64,000 nucleotides of DNA from an uncultured Campylobacterales bacterium (GCA_964474335.1 CAYYRS010000001.1:38254-102253), one strand, 5' to 3'. Counted from the stretch's first letter, positions 50,464 through 62,051 are shown. A program made the numbers and translations. Notes: generated by a model from the letters alone, not told the origin.

Positions 50464-52802
50464 TTGTTACTAGGAGTTGGTTAAGTGAATATATAAATTT
50501 AAAAGGCATTTCTAATAATAGATTAGTTAAAACATTAAATTCGATTGGCTTGGAAGTTGATAGAGTTTGTGAATTTAAAATACCAAAAGGTGTAGTATAT
50601 GGTTTTATAAAAGAGTGCAACAAACATCCAGATGCAGATAAATTAAATATATGTCAAGTAGATGTTGGTAAAGAAATATTACAAATAGTATGTGGTGCAT
50701 CAAATGTACGTAAAGGCTTACATGTAGCAGTAGCAACTATTGGGTGTAAGATATCAAACAAACTTAAAATTACTCCAGTTGAGCTTCGAGGCGTCAAAAG
50801 TAACGGCATGATATGCTCATCAAGTGAACTCAGTCTTGTCGATATGAATGATGGAATTATGGAGCTAGATGAGAGTATAGCAAAAATAACTCTAGGCGAA
50901 GAATTGTGTGAAAATTCATATCTGCAAGATACTTTAATAGAGATAGAATTAACCGCAAATAGAGGAGATTGTCTGAGTATATTAGGAATCTCGCGAGATT
51001 TAAGTACAGCTTTTAATCGCCAGCTTAAAAGCTTGCCAATAGATAAACAACATGACAATCTTATAGGTGTAGGCAGAGTTTTACAGCTTGTACATGTTGA
51101 TGATAATATACAAGTAAATTTAAAATATAAAGCCATAGATATTAAAAAATTAGAAGTATCTTGTTTAGTTAAAATGCGATTAGCACAGATAGATGAAAAC
51201 AAAGATAATAAAATTGATGCAATTTTGACTTATACAATTCATGCAACTGGTGTGATTTTAAGAGTTTATGATTATAAATTTTTTCAAACAGATGCTAAAG
51301 ATGATAAAATAAAGATATATATAAAGAATGATAAAGCATCATGGCCATGTGTTTATCATGATAAAATTAAAGCCTCTACGATAGGTATTGGGCAAGAAGA
51401 TAAATCACGTTTTTATGGCGATAGTGGTATTGTAATAATAGAAGCAAGTTATATTCCGCCACAAATTATTTCAAAACAGATGATGCTACAAAAATTAGAA
51501 AAAACTTCTTCATTTTACAGATCATCAAGAGGTAGCGAACCAGAACTTAATCTCGGACTAAACACTCTTTTATTTAACTTACAAACATACTCATCTTTTA
51601 ATGAATATGGCGGTAGTGTCGATCTAATAAATAAATATACAGAGAAAAGAATCAATGTTGCTTTTAATGATATAAATAATATAATTGGTCAAAAAATAGA
51701 TAAAACTACAATTATTAAAATTTTTCAAAATCTATCTTTTAAAATAGAAAAATCACTAGAGAATGGATTTGTAGTTATTGCACCCAAGTTTCGTCATGAT
51801 ATTTTTAATATACAAGATATTGCTGAAGAGATTTTACGTTTTGTGGGGATCGATAACATTAAAGCAAAGCCATATTTTATAAAAGAAAAGAATTGCTTAT
51901 CGCAGGGATATTTTACTTTTAATAAACTAAAACAGTACCGTTATAAATCTGCATATGATGGATTTTTTGAAACGGTTAATTTTATTTTTAATGAAAAAAA
52001 AGTATTACAAAAGTATAATTTTTCTTTATTAAAACAAGAGTTTGAATTACTAAATCCAATAGTAAACACACTTGATACTTTACGCCCTACATTAACCTTG
52101 GGGCTACTAAATTGTGCAAGTGAAAATGTAAAATCAGGTTATAAAGAGATTAAGTTGTTTGAAATCGGTTCAGTTTTTACATCATCAAGGCAAGAGATAA
52201 CAAAAATCGCATTTTTATACAGCGGAAACCTACAAAATGACAATATAATAAACTCTGCAAAAGCAAAAAAAGTTGATTTTGGTAATTTTGTACAAAAAAT
52301 TTCTAATATTATTGGTAAAGTTGAATTGATAAAAGCTACAAGCGAGCATAAATTAGCACATCCATATCAATATGCAAATATCATACAAAATACAAAAATT
52401 ATAGGCTCAATCTTTAAATTACATCCCAATATCGCAAATGATTTGAATCTAGACGATACTTTTTTATGTGAAATTAATTTCACAGATTTATCATATACAC
52501 AAACTGAAGTAAAACAGTATTCTAAATATCAAGCATCCTTTAGAGATTTAAGCTTATTAATCCCAAAAGAACTTGATTATACAATAATCAAAGAGATTAT
52601 AAAACAAAGTAAAGCAAAGAACATAATACGTTTTTATCCAATAGATAAATATGAAGACAGTTCATTAAAAGATAGTGTAAGTTTAACACTAAGATTTATC
52701 TTACAATCAAAAAATAAAACTCTAACAGATGAGGAGATAACGGCATCTATCGATACTGTGATAACTATATTAAGCAATAAACTGGATATCACTTTAAGAT
52801 GA
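50460..52802 (+). CDS. pheT: phenylalanine--tRNA ligase beta subunit
   Basis: tRNA-binding domain [15 protein letters not shown], with B3_4/B5/FDX-ACB domain order. 780 aa. It overlaps the pheS stop by 4 nt. Confidence 0.94.
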   Translation: MIVTRSWLSEYINLKGISNNRLVKTLNSIGLEVDRVCEFKIPKGVVYGFIKECNKHPDADKLNICQVDVGKEILQIVCGASNVRKGLHVAVATIGCKISNKLKITPVELRGVKSNGMICSSSELSLVDMNDGIMELDESIAKITLGEELCENSYLQDTLIEIELTANRGDCLSILGISRDLSTAFNRQLKSLPIDKQHDNLIGVGRVLQLVHVDDNIQVNLKYKAIDIKKLEVSCLVKMRLAQIDENKDNKIDAILTYTIHATGVILRVYDYKFFQTDAKDDKIKIYIKNDKASWPCVYHDKIKASTIGIGQEDKSRFYGDSGIVIIEASYIPPQIISKQMMLQKLEKTSSFYRSSRGSEPELNLGLNTLLFNLQTYSSFNEYGGSVDLINKYTEKRINVAFNDINNIIGQKIDKTTIIKIFQNLSFKIEKSLENGFVVIAPKFRHDIFNIQDIAEEILRFVGIDNIKAKPYFIKEKNCLSQGYFTFNKLKQYRYKSAYDGFFETVNFIFNEKKVLQKYNFSLLKQEFELLNPIVNTLDTLRPTLTLGLLNCASENVKSGYKEIKLFEIGSVFTSSRQEITKIAFLYSGNLQNDNIINSAKAKKVDFGNFVQKISNIIGKVELIKATSEHKLAHPYQYANIIQNTKIIGSIFKLHPNIANDLNLDDTFLCEINFTDLSYTQTEVKQYSKYQASFRDLSLLIPKELDYTIIKEIIKQSKAKNIIRFYPIDKYEDSSLKDSVSLTLRFILQSKNKTLTDEEITASIDTVITILSNKLDITLR

Positions 52803-54082
52803 AAAACGTAACAATATATCCATCTAAATCATTTATTTTGAAAACAGATAAGATTGCTCCAGATAAATCGATATCACATAGAGCAGTTATATTTAGCATG
52901 TTAAGTGAAGGTAAATCTACGATAAGAAATTTTTTACGGGCAGAAGATACACTTAATTCACTACAAATTATTAAAAATCTTGGTGCCAAAGTATCTGATG
53001 ACGGAGAAACTATTGAGATAGTGTCATCTGGCATAAAAGAGAGTAAAGAAATTTTAGATTGTGGTAATTCTGGTACGGGATTACGTTTATTTTGTGGACT
53101 TTTAAGTTCAGCAGTTGGACATTTTATCTTAAGTGGTGATAAATATCTTTGTAACCGCCCTATGAAACGCGTTGTATCACCACTAAAAGCAATAGGAGCA
53201 AAGATTGACGGAAGAAATAATGGCGATTTAGCCCCACTTTGCATACGAGGCGCTAAATTAAAAGCATTTGATTATGTAAGTAAAATCTCTTCCGCACAAG
53301 TCAAAAGTGCTATGATTTTGGCGGCTCTTAGAGCAGATGCACCATGTAAATATAGCGAGATAGCATTAAGCAGAGATCATACAAAACGTATGTTAAAAGG
53401 GATGGGTGCTAATTTGCAAACAGATAACTTAACAACTATTATTACACCACTTAAAAAACCCTTGACGCCATTAGATATTTGTATTCCAGCAGATCCGTCA
53501 AGTGCTTTTTTCTTTGCGGTTGCAGCAGCCATCATTCCAGATTCTAAAGTAATACTTCAAGGTGTAACGCTAAATAAAACACGTATTGAAGCATATAGAG
53601 TGTTACAAAAAATGGGAGCTGATATTAGTTATGAATTAAAAGAAGACAAATACGAACCAGTTGGCGATATCACAGTAAAATATGCACCTTTAAAAGCAGT
53701 TACAGTTGAAAAAAATATTTCATGGCTAATAGATGAATTGCCAGTTTTATCTATTGCTTTTGCTTGCGCCAACGGAATCAGCATTGTAAAAAACGCCAAA
53801 GAATTAAGAGTAAAAGAGAGTGATAGAATTTCAACTGTTATTGAAGGTTTAAATGCTTGTGGGATTAAAACAGATGAAACCGAAGATGGCTACAGCGTTT
53901 ATGGTGATAAATTGAAAAAAGCAGATATTAATAGTCATGGTGACCATAGAGTTGCTATGAGTTTTATAATTGCTGGACTTAAATGTGGTATGCATGTAAA
54001 AGATATAGAGTGTATACAAACTTCTTTTCCGAATTTTTTTGAATTATTACAAATAATTGTTCAAATAAAAAAGGATAATTAA
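52799..54082 (+). CDS. aroA: 3-phosphoshikimate 1-carboxyvinyltransferase
   Basis: Contains [22 protein letters not shown] and GDHRVAMSF. Confidence 0.95.
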   Translation: MKNVTIYPSKSFILKTDKIAPDKSISHRAVIFSMLSEGKSTIRNFLRAEDTLNSLQIIKNLGAKVSDDGETIEIVSSGIKESKEILDCGNSGTGLRLFCGLLSSAVGHFILSGDKYLCNRPMKRVVSPLKAIGAKIDGRNNGDLAPLCIRGAKLKAFDYVSKISSAQVKSAMILAALRADAPCKYSEIALSRDHTKRMLKGMGANLQTDNLTTIITPLKKPLTPLDICIPADPSSAFFFAVAAAIIPDSKVILQGVTLNKTRIEAYRVLQKMGADISYELKEDKYEPVGDITVKYAPLKAVTVEKNISWLIDELPVLSIAFACANGISIVKNAKELRVKESDRISTVIEGLNACGIKTDETEDGYSVYGDKLKKADINSHGDHRVAMSFIIAGLKCGMHVKDIECIQTSFPNFFELLQIIVQIKKDN

Positions 54083-54084
54083 TA

Positions 54085-54915
54085 ATGAAAATAGAACTTG
54101 CTCAAAATTATGGTTTTTGTTTTGGCGTGAAGCGTGCTATAAAAATTGCAGAAGAAAATCAAAATTCTTCTACTTATGGCTCATTGATTCATAACATAAA
54201 AGAGATTGGAAGGCTACAAAAAGATTTTAATGTAAATTTAACAGAAGATATTTCTGTATTTAAAGAAAATGATAAAGTAGTTATTAGAACTCATGGTATT
54301 CCAAAAGATGAGTTAAAATATTTAAAAGATAATAAAATCGACGTAGTCGATGCCACATGTCCATATGTAACAAAACCACAACAAATATGCGAGCAGATGA
54401 GTAAAAAGGGTTATGATATAGTGATTTTTGGAGACAGTCATCATCCAGAGATTAAAGGTGTTAAAAGTTACGCCCTACATGGCGCATATGTCGTTACATG
54501 CAAAGAAGATTTAAAATCAATTTCATTAAAAGAAAAAGTAGCCGTAGTAGCTCAAACAACCAGAAAAATTGAAGATTATTTAGAAATTGTACATGACCTT
54601 GTGCCAAAACATAAAGAGGTAAGAGTATTTAATACTATTTGTAATGCCACCTTTGAAAATCAAGATGCAGCTAAAAAACTTGCAAAAAACGCAGATGTTA
54701 TGATAATAATCGGCGGTAAAAATTCTTCCAATACAAAGCAACTCTTTAATATCGCTAGCAGTTATTGTAAAGATAGTTATCATGTAGAAGATGAAAAAGA
54801 GCTTGATATTAATTGGTTTAAAGATAAGCAGTTATGTGGAATCAGTGCTGGAGCTTCGACACCTGATTGGATTATACAAAATGTTATAAAATCAATTGAA
54901 AAACAGGTGGTTTAA
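54085..54915 (+). CDS. ispH: 4-hydroxy-3-methylbut-2-enyl diphosphate reductase
   Basis: Three cluster Cys in YGFCFGVKRA, ATCPYVTKPQ and NTICNATFENQ. Confidence 0.93.
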   Translation: MKIELAQNYGFCFGVKRAIKIAEENQNSSTYGSLIHNIKEIGRLQKDFNVNLTEDISVFKENDKVVIRTHGIPKDELKYLKDNKIDVVDATCPYVTKPQQICEQMSKKGYDIVIFGDSHHPEIKGVKSYALHGAYVVTCKEDLKSISLKEKVAVVAQTTRKIEDYLEIVHDLVPKHKEVRVFNTICNATFENQDAAKKLAKNADVMIIIGGKNSSNTKQLFNIASSYCKDSYHVEDEKELDINWFKDKQLCGISAGASTPDWIIQNVIKSIEKQVV

Positions 54916-54970
54916 TTTAATTCTTACTCTTTTTTAGATACAATTACACAATTTTTATGTAACAAGGGAA

Positions 54971-56632
54971 ATGTGTATGGCTATGGATAACGAACCATTA
55001 GAAGAAGAGAATTTTGCTGAGATGTTTGAAGCTTCACTCAAAAAACAGGAATCAAACCGCGTAACGCAAGGCGAAATAGTAGAGATACAAGAAGATGAAA
55101 ATAGAGCATTAGTTGGTGTTGGTGATAAATTAGAAGGCATATTAAGCCTTGATGAGTTAAAAGACGAGCATGGTAAATTAGCTTTTAAAGTTGGCGATGA
55201 AATCACTGTGATGATAACAGGTCATTATAATGAACGTCCAAAAATTTCCTATAAAAAAGTTTTAGAACAGAAAAAAACTTTAGAATTTATAGAAAAATAT
55301 CAAGATAATTTTGAAGACTTGGTAGTCGAAGGTGTTGTAACCAAGAAAAATCGTGGTGGATATATATTAGAAGCCGATGACGTTGCTTTTTTTATGCCAG
55401 CTTCACTAGCCGCGATTAAAGACCAAGATAACGTAATAGGCCGCACTTTAAAAGCACAAGTTATTAAAATTGATCCAGCAGATAATTCAATCGTATTATC
55501 ACGCCGTAAATTATTTAATGAAGAGCGTAAACGTAAAAAAGAGATTATTGATGCTTTAATGGAAGATGATGTTATTGTTGAAGGAATTATCAAAAAAATT
55601 ACAAGTTATGGAATGTTTGTAGATGTTGGTGGTGTTGACGGCTTGGTACACTATAATGAAATTTCATATAAAGGTCCGGTAAATCCATCAAAACTTTATA
55701 ATGAAGGTGATACAATAACTGTTAAAGCTATCTCTTATAATAAAGATAAACGTCACCTTTCACTTTCCATAAAAGCTGTAAATCCTGACCCTTGGGTAGA
55801 AGTCGATAGTGAGCTTGATGAGGGCGATACAATTACGGTTACAGTCAGCAACATCGAGCCTTATGGTATTTTTGTTGATTTGGGTAATGACATAGAAGGC
55901 TTTTTGCATATTTCTGAAATTACTTGGGATAAAAATATTAAAAATCCTAATGATTATTTGAAAGTTGGTCAAGAAATTGATGTTGAAGTTATAGAGATTA
56001 ATTCAAAAACACACAAGCTAAGAGTTTCATTAAAACGTCTTTTACCAAAACCTTTTGACGAATTTATTAGAAAATATCATGAGGGTGATATTGTAAGTGG
56101 TATTGTAACTTCTGTTACAGATTTTGGTGCATTTGTACGCATTGATTCTGTTGAAGGACTGTTACATAATCAAGATGCCTCATGGAACAAAGATGTTAAA
56201 TGTAAAGATTTTTTAAAATCTGGTGATGAGGTAGAAGTAAAAATTGCTAGAATTAACGAAGATGATCAAAAAATTTCATTAAATTCTAAAGTTTTACAAG
56301 AGAGTCCAATTGATAAATTTGCTAAAACACATAAAGTAAATGATATCGTAACAGGTAAAATTAGAGATATTAAAGATTTCGGTATTTTTGTTTCACTAGA
56401 AGACGGTGTTGACGCTTTAATTAGAGATGAAGATTTAAAACCACTTGTTAGAGATGAGTTAACACCTGGCATTGAAGTTGAGGCTGCTATTTCAGCGATT
56501 GATACAAAAAAGGATAGAATTCGCTTATCTGTAAAAAAATTAGATTATATAAAAAATCAAGAAATCATGGATAGTATTAATGATGATAAATCCAATCTAC
56601 TCGGTGACTTAATTAAAGATAAATTTAAGTAA
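54971..56632 (+). CDS. rpsA: 30S ribosomal protein S1
   Basis: Six repeated S1/OB modules, for example GMFVDVGGVDGLVH, GIFVDLGNDIEGFLH, GAFVRIDSVEGLLH and GIFVSLEDGVDALI. The start is ambiguous among ATG 54971, 54977 and 54983. Confidence 0.93.
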   Translation: MCMAMDNEPLEEENFAEMFEASLKKQESNRVTQGEIVEIQEDENRALVGVGDKLEGILSLDELKDEHGKLAFKVGDEITVMITGHYNERPKISYKKVLEQKKTLEFIEKYQDNFEDLVVEGVVTKKNRGGYILEADDVAFFMPASLAAIKDQDNVIGRTLKAQVIKIDPADNSIVLSRRKLFNEERKRKKEIIDALMEDDVIVEGIIKKITSYGMFVDVGGVDGLVHYNEISYKGPVNPSKLYNEGDTITVKAISYNKDKRHLSLSIKAVNPDPWVEVDSELDEGDTITVTVSNIEPYGIFVDLGNDIEGFLHISEITWDKNIKNPNDYLKVGQEIDVEVIEINSKTHKLRVSLKRLLPKPFDEFIRKYHEGDIVSGIVTSVTDFGAFVRIDSVEGLLHNQDASWNKDVKCKDFLKSGDEVEVKIARINEDDQKISLNSKVLQESPIDKFAKTHKVNDIVTGKIRDIKDFGIFVSLEDGVDALIRDEDLKPLVRDELTPGIEVEAAISAIDTKKDRIRLSVKKLDYIKNQEIMDSINDDKSNLLGDLIKDKFK

Positions 56633-56638
56633 AATAAA

Positions 56639-57121
56639 ATGAATAGTTTTGTTAAATGGCTTACTCCAGCTATCTCACTTGGAGTTGTCATTTTCATTAT
56701 ATTTTTTTTACTAAAAATTAATGCCCCCACAAAGGTATCTAGTTATATACCAAAATTACATAATATAAATTATAAATTATCTGATATAAAGAGTACTTCT
56801 TGGATAAATAGTTTAGTAAAGAGTAAACGACATGGCTATATCTATCCTATAAATGAGATTTTTATACATGTTGATCTTTCAAACGAGATTTTGCCTAAAA
56901 AAAATTATAAATTAACCGCATATATAACAACTTTATATCAATTTTTTTGTTTAAAAGAGGAATTACAAGCAGAAAATCTTAAATATTTTCTAAAAAATAA
57001 AAATAACATGGTAGAATTACTTGTTTATTTCGATAGCTTAAAAAAGTTAAACTTATTTACAAAGACTTTAAAAACTTACAATATTAGGGCAACTATCTTG
57101 CCTTTTAAAAAGGAAAATTAA
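56639..57121 (+). CDS. hypothetical N-terminally anchored protein
   Basis: 160 aa with a single TM (AISLGVVIFIIFFLL). It is tightly packed: 6 nt after rpsA, and its stop overlaps the serA start. Confidence 0.5.
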   Translation: MNSFVKWLTPAISLGVVIFIIFFLLKINAPTKVSSYIPKLHNINYKLSDIKSTSWINSLVKSKRHGYIYPINEIFIHVDLSNEILPKKNYKLTAYITTLYQFFCLKEELQAENLKYFLKNKNNMVELLVYFDSLKKLNLFTKTLKTYNIRATILPFKKEN

Positions 57122-58710
57122 TGGAAAAAAGTACAGTCATTGTTTGTGATTATATCCATGAAGCAGGATTAAAAATGCTTCAAGATGATAAAAATATCAA
57201 TTATATTTTTGCTGCTGATGTTGATAAAATTGAATTATTATCAAAACTTGGCGATGCAAATATCGCAATAACACGCAGTTCTACTGATATAGACGATAAA
57301 TTTTTAGATGCTGCAAAAAATTTAAAAGCAATTGTAAGGGCTGGTGTTGGTGTTGATAATGTAGACATTAAAAGGTGTTCTAAAGAGGGTATTATAGTTA
57401 TGAATGTTCCAACTGCAAATACGATTGCTGCGGTAGAGCTTACATTTGCACATATGCTTTCATGTATGCGAATGTTTCCATATTCTCATGACCATTTAAA
57501 AAATCAGCGTATTTGGAAGCGAGAAAAATGGTATGGTTATGAGCTAAAGGGTAAGAAATTAGGTATTATCGGTTTTGGAAATATTGGTTCACGCGTTGCT
57601 AAACGTGCAAAAGCCTTTGAGATGAATGTACTTGCATATGATCCTTATGTACATGCAAGTAAAGCTACTGATATTGGTGTTGATTATACGGAAAATTTTG
57701 ATGAGCTTTTATCAACATGCGATATTATTACTATTCATACACCTAAAAATTCAGAAACAATTAATATTATTGGCAGTGATGAAATTGCTAAAATGAAAGA
57801 CGGTGTTGTTTTAATAAACTGTGCACGTGGTGGTTTATATAATGAAGATGCTCTGTATGATGGACTAAAATCTAAAAAAATTCGTTTTGCAGGTATTGAT
57901 GTCTTTGTAAAAGAGCCAGCTATTAATAATAAACTACTTGATTTGGATAATATTGTAGTTTCACCGCACCTTGGTGCTAATACACATGAATCCCAATATA
58001 ATATCGGCACACAAGCCGCAAATCAGGCAATTCAGGCTGCAAAAAAAATAGCATATCCAAACGCTCTAAATCTTCCAATAGATGCAACAAAAATACCTTT
58101 ATTTGTAAAACAATATATGGAGATGGGGCAAAAATTAGGATTTTTAGCATCGCAGACTAATCGTTCCCCTATTGTATCTATCAAAGTAAGCGGTCAGGGT
58201 GAAATTGTAAAATATATTGATTCACTGCTTACTTTTGTAACAGTTGGTGTTTTAGCACAAAATAGTGGAGAAACTATTAATTATGTTAATGCTGATTTTG
58301 TTGCTAAAGATAAAGGTATTGAATTAAATACAGAAGTATTAGTTGATTCATCTGTATATAAAAATCTTATAACTATTAAACTAACAACAAAAAAATGTGT
58401 TACAACTCTTCGAGCAACAATTTTTGATGATGATATACAACGTATTGTTGAAATTGATGGCTTTAATATTGATGTAGCCTTAAAAGGCAATATGATATTT
58501 TTTAAAAATACCGATATACCTGGCGTAATAGGTAACGTTGGAACAATTTTAGCAAAAAATAGCGTCAATATTTCAGATTTTAGATTAGGACGTAATGATG
58601 ATGCAGAAGCATTGGCAGTTATTATAATAGATAATGCAGTTAATAACAACACATTACAAGAATTAAGTAATCTAAATGCTTGCATAAGTGTAGGATACGC
58701 TCAATTATAA
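57121..58710 (+). CDS. serA: D-3-phosphoglycerate dehydrogenase (long form with ASB/ACT domains)
   Basis: NAD-binding motif LGIIGFGNIGSRVA and catalytic region CARGG...SPHLGA. 529 aa with an ACT-like C-terminus. Confidence 0.93.
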   Translation: MEKSTVIVCDYIHEAGLKMLQDDKNINYIFAADVDKIELLSKLGDANIAITRSSTDIDDKFLDAAKNLKAIVRAGVGVDNVDIKRCSKEGIIVMNVPTANTIAAVELTFAHMLSCMRMFPYSHDHLKNQRIWKREKWYGYELKGKKLGIIGFGNIGSRVAKRAKAFEMNVLAYDPYVHASKATDIGVDYTENFDELLSTCDIITIHTPKNSETINIIGSDEIAKMKDGVVLINCARGGLYNEDALYDGLKSKKIRFAGIDVFVKEPAINNKLLDLDNIVVSPHLGANTHESQYNIGTQAANQAIQAAKKIAYPNALNLPIDATKIPLFVKQYMEMGQKLGFLASQTNRSPIVSIKVSGQGEIVKYIDSLLTFVTVGVLAQNSGETINYVNADFVAKDKGIELNTEVLVDSSVYKNLITIKLTTKKCVTTLRATIFDDDIQRIVEIDGFNIDVALKGNMIFFKNTDIPGVIGNVGTILAKNSVNISDFRLGRNDDAEALAVIIIDNAVNNNTLQELSNLNACISVGYAQL

Positions 58711-58731
58711 TTACGTACACCTCTAAAAATC

Positions 58732-58761
58732 AACCTAATTTTGATTAATCAAAATTAGGTT
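58732..58761. terminator. bidirectional palindrome at convergent serA/RND ends
   Basis: AACCTAATTTTGATT/AATCAAAATTAGGTT is a perfect 30-nt palindrome. Its right arm encodes the last codons (PNFD-stop) of the RND C-half. Confidence 0.5.
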
Positions 58762-60463
58762 CTTCAATTGATACAACTTTTTTATCATGACAATTAAATA
58801 ATGTACAAAGATTAACTATATATAATAAAATTGGTACAACGATTAATGATGCAGCAACTGTTGTGATTGTACCAAAGATAAGAGCAACGCCTAAACCACC
58901 AAAAACAGGATCATCAGCTAGAAGTGTTGATGCTAAAATGATAGCAATAGAAGTGAGAAAAATAGGCTTTGCTCTAGTTGCTGTTGCAAAAGCTATCGCA
59001 TCTGCTTTATTCATACTTTTTTCTTCCATTAGAGATTTTGTAAAATCGATAAGTAAAATTGAATTTCTCGAACTAATTCCTATTAAAGCGATAAATCCAA
59101 TTAAGGAGGTAGCTGTTAAAAAGAATGTATCAGTTGTAAAAAAGTTCATAATCCAGTGTCCAAATACCACCCCTGGGAAGGATAAAAAACTTCCAAGTAA
59201 TACAATAGCACTTAGTTTATAACTTTTATAATACACAACCATAAGTAAAAAGATTAAAATTAGTGCAGCAATAAAAGCAGTTCCTAATTGTTCAAAAGTT
59301 TGTAAAGTAACTTTCATCTCTCCACCCCATTTTAGGATATAGACATTACCAGTTTTTTTGTTTATAAATCTTAAATTAAATAAACTAATTTTATCTATCT
59401 TATACTCATGTAAAAGTTGTTTTAAAATTTTATCTCTGGCATGCATAAGTGGATAAACTTGTGAAACCATGTCTGTATTTGCCATTACGTTTGTCATTTG
59501 TTTTAAATTTTTACTTAGTATCATTGGGTCTGATTTGCTAGACTTAATCGTTACAACAGATAATAGCGGTACCATCATGCCTTGTTTATTTATAAGCTCT
59601 AAACTAGATAACTTGGCTATTATAGCCTGAAAACTTTGGTTGTTAAATTGTTTTGTTTTACTACTTAAAACTAAAAAAATTGGGATCTGATAATTATATT
59701 GATTAGAATTTTTTACAGTAATCACCTTACCTTTAAACGCCATATATAATATATTATTAATTTGCTTAACACTTAACCCAGATAATTGAGCCTTCTTCGC
59801 ATTAATCTTAATGCTATATTGCTTATAAATTCTTTGTTCCATGGTACTAATATCAACTAATCCTTTGGTATGCTTGAAAATATTTTTTACTTGCATAGCT
59901 AAATGTCTGATGCCAGATGCATTTTTTCCATATATTTCAGCCACAATAGCATCTAATACAGGAGGTCCAGAAGGTGGTTGAACAAATGAAATGTTAGTAC
60001 CTTTAAACAGATTTTGACAGTTATTTTGTACCAATGGACGCATATTGTGTACTATTGTAAAAGAGGGGGTTTTGCGTTTGCGCTTATCTATTAAGTTTAA
60101 GACTAATTGCGCATAATTTTCATTAGTTTGAAATTGTGAGCCTTTTATTAATCCTGCAAAATCTAGGGGTGATCCAGTACCGCCATAGATCTCTATATTT
60201 TTTACAAACTTATTTTGTTTTACGATATTATAGACGCATGCAGACACTTTATTTGTTTGATGCATAGAGCTACCCGCTGGTAATTTTATATATATATTAA
60301 ATGTATTGCTATTTTTTTCTGGAAGCATTTTTACGCGTACAATTCCAGTGGGAATCATTAAAACTGTAATTATAAAGATTAAAACTGTAATTGCAAGAAC
60401 TAATACTCTTGTTTTATTATTAGCTATTCCAACTCTTACTGCATGTTCAAATTTTTTAAACAT
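58745..60463 (-). CDS. RND efflux permease, C-terminal half (TM7-12 plus second periplasmic loop)
   Basis: 572 aa. It begins in the TM6-TM7 cytoplasmic loop (MFKKFEHAVRVGIANNKTRVLVLAITVLIF), followed by the porter/docking repeat (KLPAGSSMHQT...) and a 5-TM C-terminal bundle. The ATG overlaps the upstream stop (TAATG). Confidence 0.85.
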   Translation of the reverse strand: MFKKFEHAVRVGIANNKTRVLVLAITVLIFIITVLMIPTGIVRVKMLPEKNSNTFNIYIKLPAGSSMHQTNKVSACVYNIVKQNKFVKNIEIYGGTGSPLDFAGLIKGSQFQTNENYAQLVLNLIDKRKRKTPSFTIVHNMRPLVQNNCQNLFKGTNISFVQPPSGPPVLDAIVAEIYGKNASGIRHLAMQVKNIFKHTKGLVDISTMEQRIYKQYSIKINAKKAQLSGLSVKQINNILYMAFKGKVITVKNSNQYNYQIPIFLVLSSKTKQFNNQSFQAIIAKLSSLELINKQGMMVPLLSVVTIKSSKSDPMILSKNLKQMTNVMANTDMVSQVYPLMHARDKILKQLLHEYKIDKISLFNLRFINKKTGNVYILKWGGEMKVTLQTFEQLGTAFIAALILIFLLMVVYYKSYKLSAIVLLGSFLSFPGVVFGHWIMNFFTTDTFFLTATSLIGFIALIGISSRNSILLIDFTKSLMEEKSMNKADAIAFATATRAKPIFLTSIAIILASTLLADDPVFGGLGVALIFGTITTVAASLIVVPILLYIVNLCTLFNCHDKKVVSIEEPNFD

Positions 60464-62043
60464 TATTTTATACTCCGTTTATGTTTTGGCTTCTTTAATA
60501 TCCTTAAAGCTAGATATGGTATAAAAATATACGCTATAAAAAGCGATGCCAGCAGGGCTACTGGCACATTTGCTGGAATTGGCTCCATAAATTGTCCTAT
60601 CATATTTCCAACAAAAAGCATAGGTATCATAGTAAAAATAATAGCTAATGTTGCAATATTAGTAGGAGCACCAATCTCATCGGCTGCTTCTATCATCAAA
60701 TCTTTTTTGCTAAGATGGTGCAAATCGATAGAGTGAAAGTGTCTATGAATATTTTCTATCACGATAATAGCTGCATCGACTAGTAATCCCAAACTAAGTA
60801 AAAATGCGAATAGAGTAATTCTATTCATACTTTGATGACTTAAGTACGCGATAAAAAGTGTAATTGAAAAAATTGCGGGAACTGTAAAGGTTACTATAAG
60901 TGATTCTCTCCATCCCAAAACAAAAATTAATAATATCGCAATAATCAAAATAGATATCACAAGATGTTTGACAAGTTCATTAACAGCGATATTTGCACGT
61001 TTTCCATAATTTCTCGTAATTAAATAATTAATACCTTCTTTATTTAATTGTATTTTATAATGATTTAAAGTTTGTTGTATTTTATGTACAATTATTACAG
61101 CATTTGCACCTTTTAGTTTTGAAACAGTTAACGTTACCTGATTTTGTAGCGGAGTAAATTGACCATCTTTGCCTCTGATACTAATTTGAACTGATTTGTA
61201 TGTTTGATAATTATATCCGCTTGTAACAGTTGCAACTTGTTTTAGATAAATAGGTGAGCCACCATAATTAGCTACTATAATATTTTGTATATCTTTTACA
61301 CTATCAATTGCGTTTTTAATACCAAAGACAACTATTTTTTTATTATCTGTCTGATTTTTGATTTTTGGTACATCATAAGCAAGAGACTGAACAGCTTTTG
61401 CGATTTGTCCAAGAGATAAGTTGTAAGCACTTAATTTATGTAAATTTACTTTAATACTAAATTGATGTTTATATCCACCCTTGATGGAAGTAACAGCTAC
61501 ATTTGGTAAGGCATTAATAATATTTTGAAGATGCGTTATCTTATTATATAAATAGGTCTTTGGACGATTTTTATCTTTATTGAAAAATGCAATAGTAGCT
61601 ATAGGTATAACGGTGTTTATATTTAATGGTTTTATAATTGGATACATTGCACCTTTTGGCAATATATCCATATTTTGCATTATCTCATTATATATCTTAA
61701 AATTTGACATGGCTTGAGGCTGTCCTATATAAAATGACGCGGTGATGATACCAACATTCTTTAATGCTCGTCCATATATATACTCAACTCCTTTAATCTC
61801 TTTTATTTTCCGCTCTAAAGGTTTTACGATAACTCGCTCAACTTCTTTTGCAGATGCACCAGGTAGGGCCACTATGATATTTGACCCACTAACTATCATT
61901 TGTGGATTTTCTTGTCTAGGAATACTGATTAGTGAAACATAACCAAGAACTAAGATAGAGATTCCAAGTATCAATGTTAATGGATTATTGATAAAAATTT
62001 TTGCTAATTTTCCAGCTACATTTTTTGACTTATATGATTTCAT
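60463..62043 (-). CDS. RND efflux permease, N-terminal half (TM1-6 plus first periplasmic loop)
   Basis: 526 aa. AcrB/CzcA-type N-terminus (FINNPLTLILGISILVLGYVSLISIPRQENPQ), a periplasmic repeat and a TM2-6 bundle, ending ...LALRILKKPKHKRSIK-stop. Confidence 0.85.
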   Translation of the reverse strand: MKSYKSKNVAGKLAKIFINNPLTLILGISILVLGYVSLISIPRQENPQMIVSGSNIIVALPGASAKEVERVIVKPLERKIKEIKGVEYIYGRALKNVGIITASFYIGQPQAMSNFKIYNEIMQNMDILPKGAMYPIIKPLNINTVIPIATIAFFNKDKNRPKTYLYNKITHLQNIINALPNVAVTSIKGGYKHQFSIKVNLHKLSAYNLSLGQIAKAVQSLAYDVPKIKNQTDNKKIVVFGIKNAIDSVKDIQNIIVANYGGSPIYLKQVATVTSGYNYQTYKSVQISIRGKDGQFTPLQNQVTLTVSKLKGANAVIIVHKIQQTLNHYKIQLNKEGINYLITRNYGKRANIAVNELVKHLVISILIIAILLIFVLGWRESLIVTFTVPAIFSITLFIAYLSHQSMNRITLFAFLLSLGLLVDAAIIVIENIHRHFHSIDLHHLSKKDLMIEAADEIGAPTNIATLAIIFTMIPMLFVGNMIGQFMEPIPANVPVALLASLFIAYIFIPYLALRILKKPKHKRSIK

Positions 62044-62051
62044 GCTTTTAC

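Noticed and set aside
50654-51202. 182-aa ORF antisense to pheT, unusually long for an AT-rich genome
   Set aside because: It lies in register, antisense, with a strongly conserved CDS. Its Ser/Leu/Ile/Cys-rich composition is typical of the complementary frame. It has no RBS and no recognisable motif. The same reasoning applies to 52789-53244 (antisense to aroA), 58281-58685 (antisense to serA) and 58863-59222 (antisense to the RND C-half).
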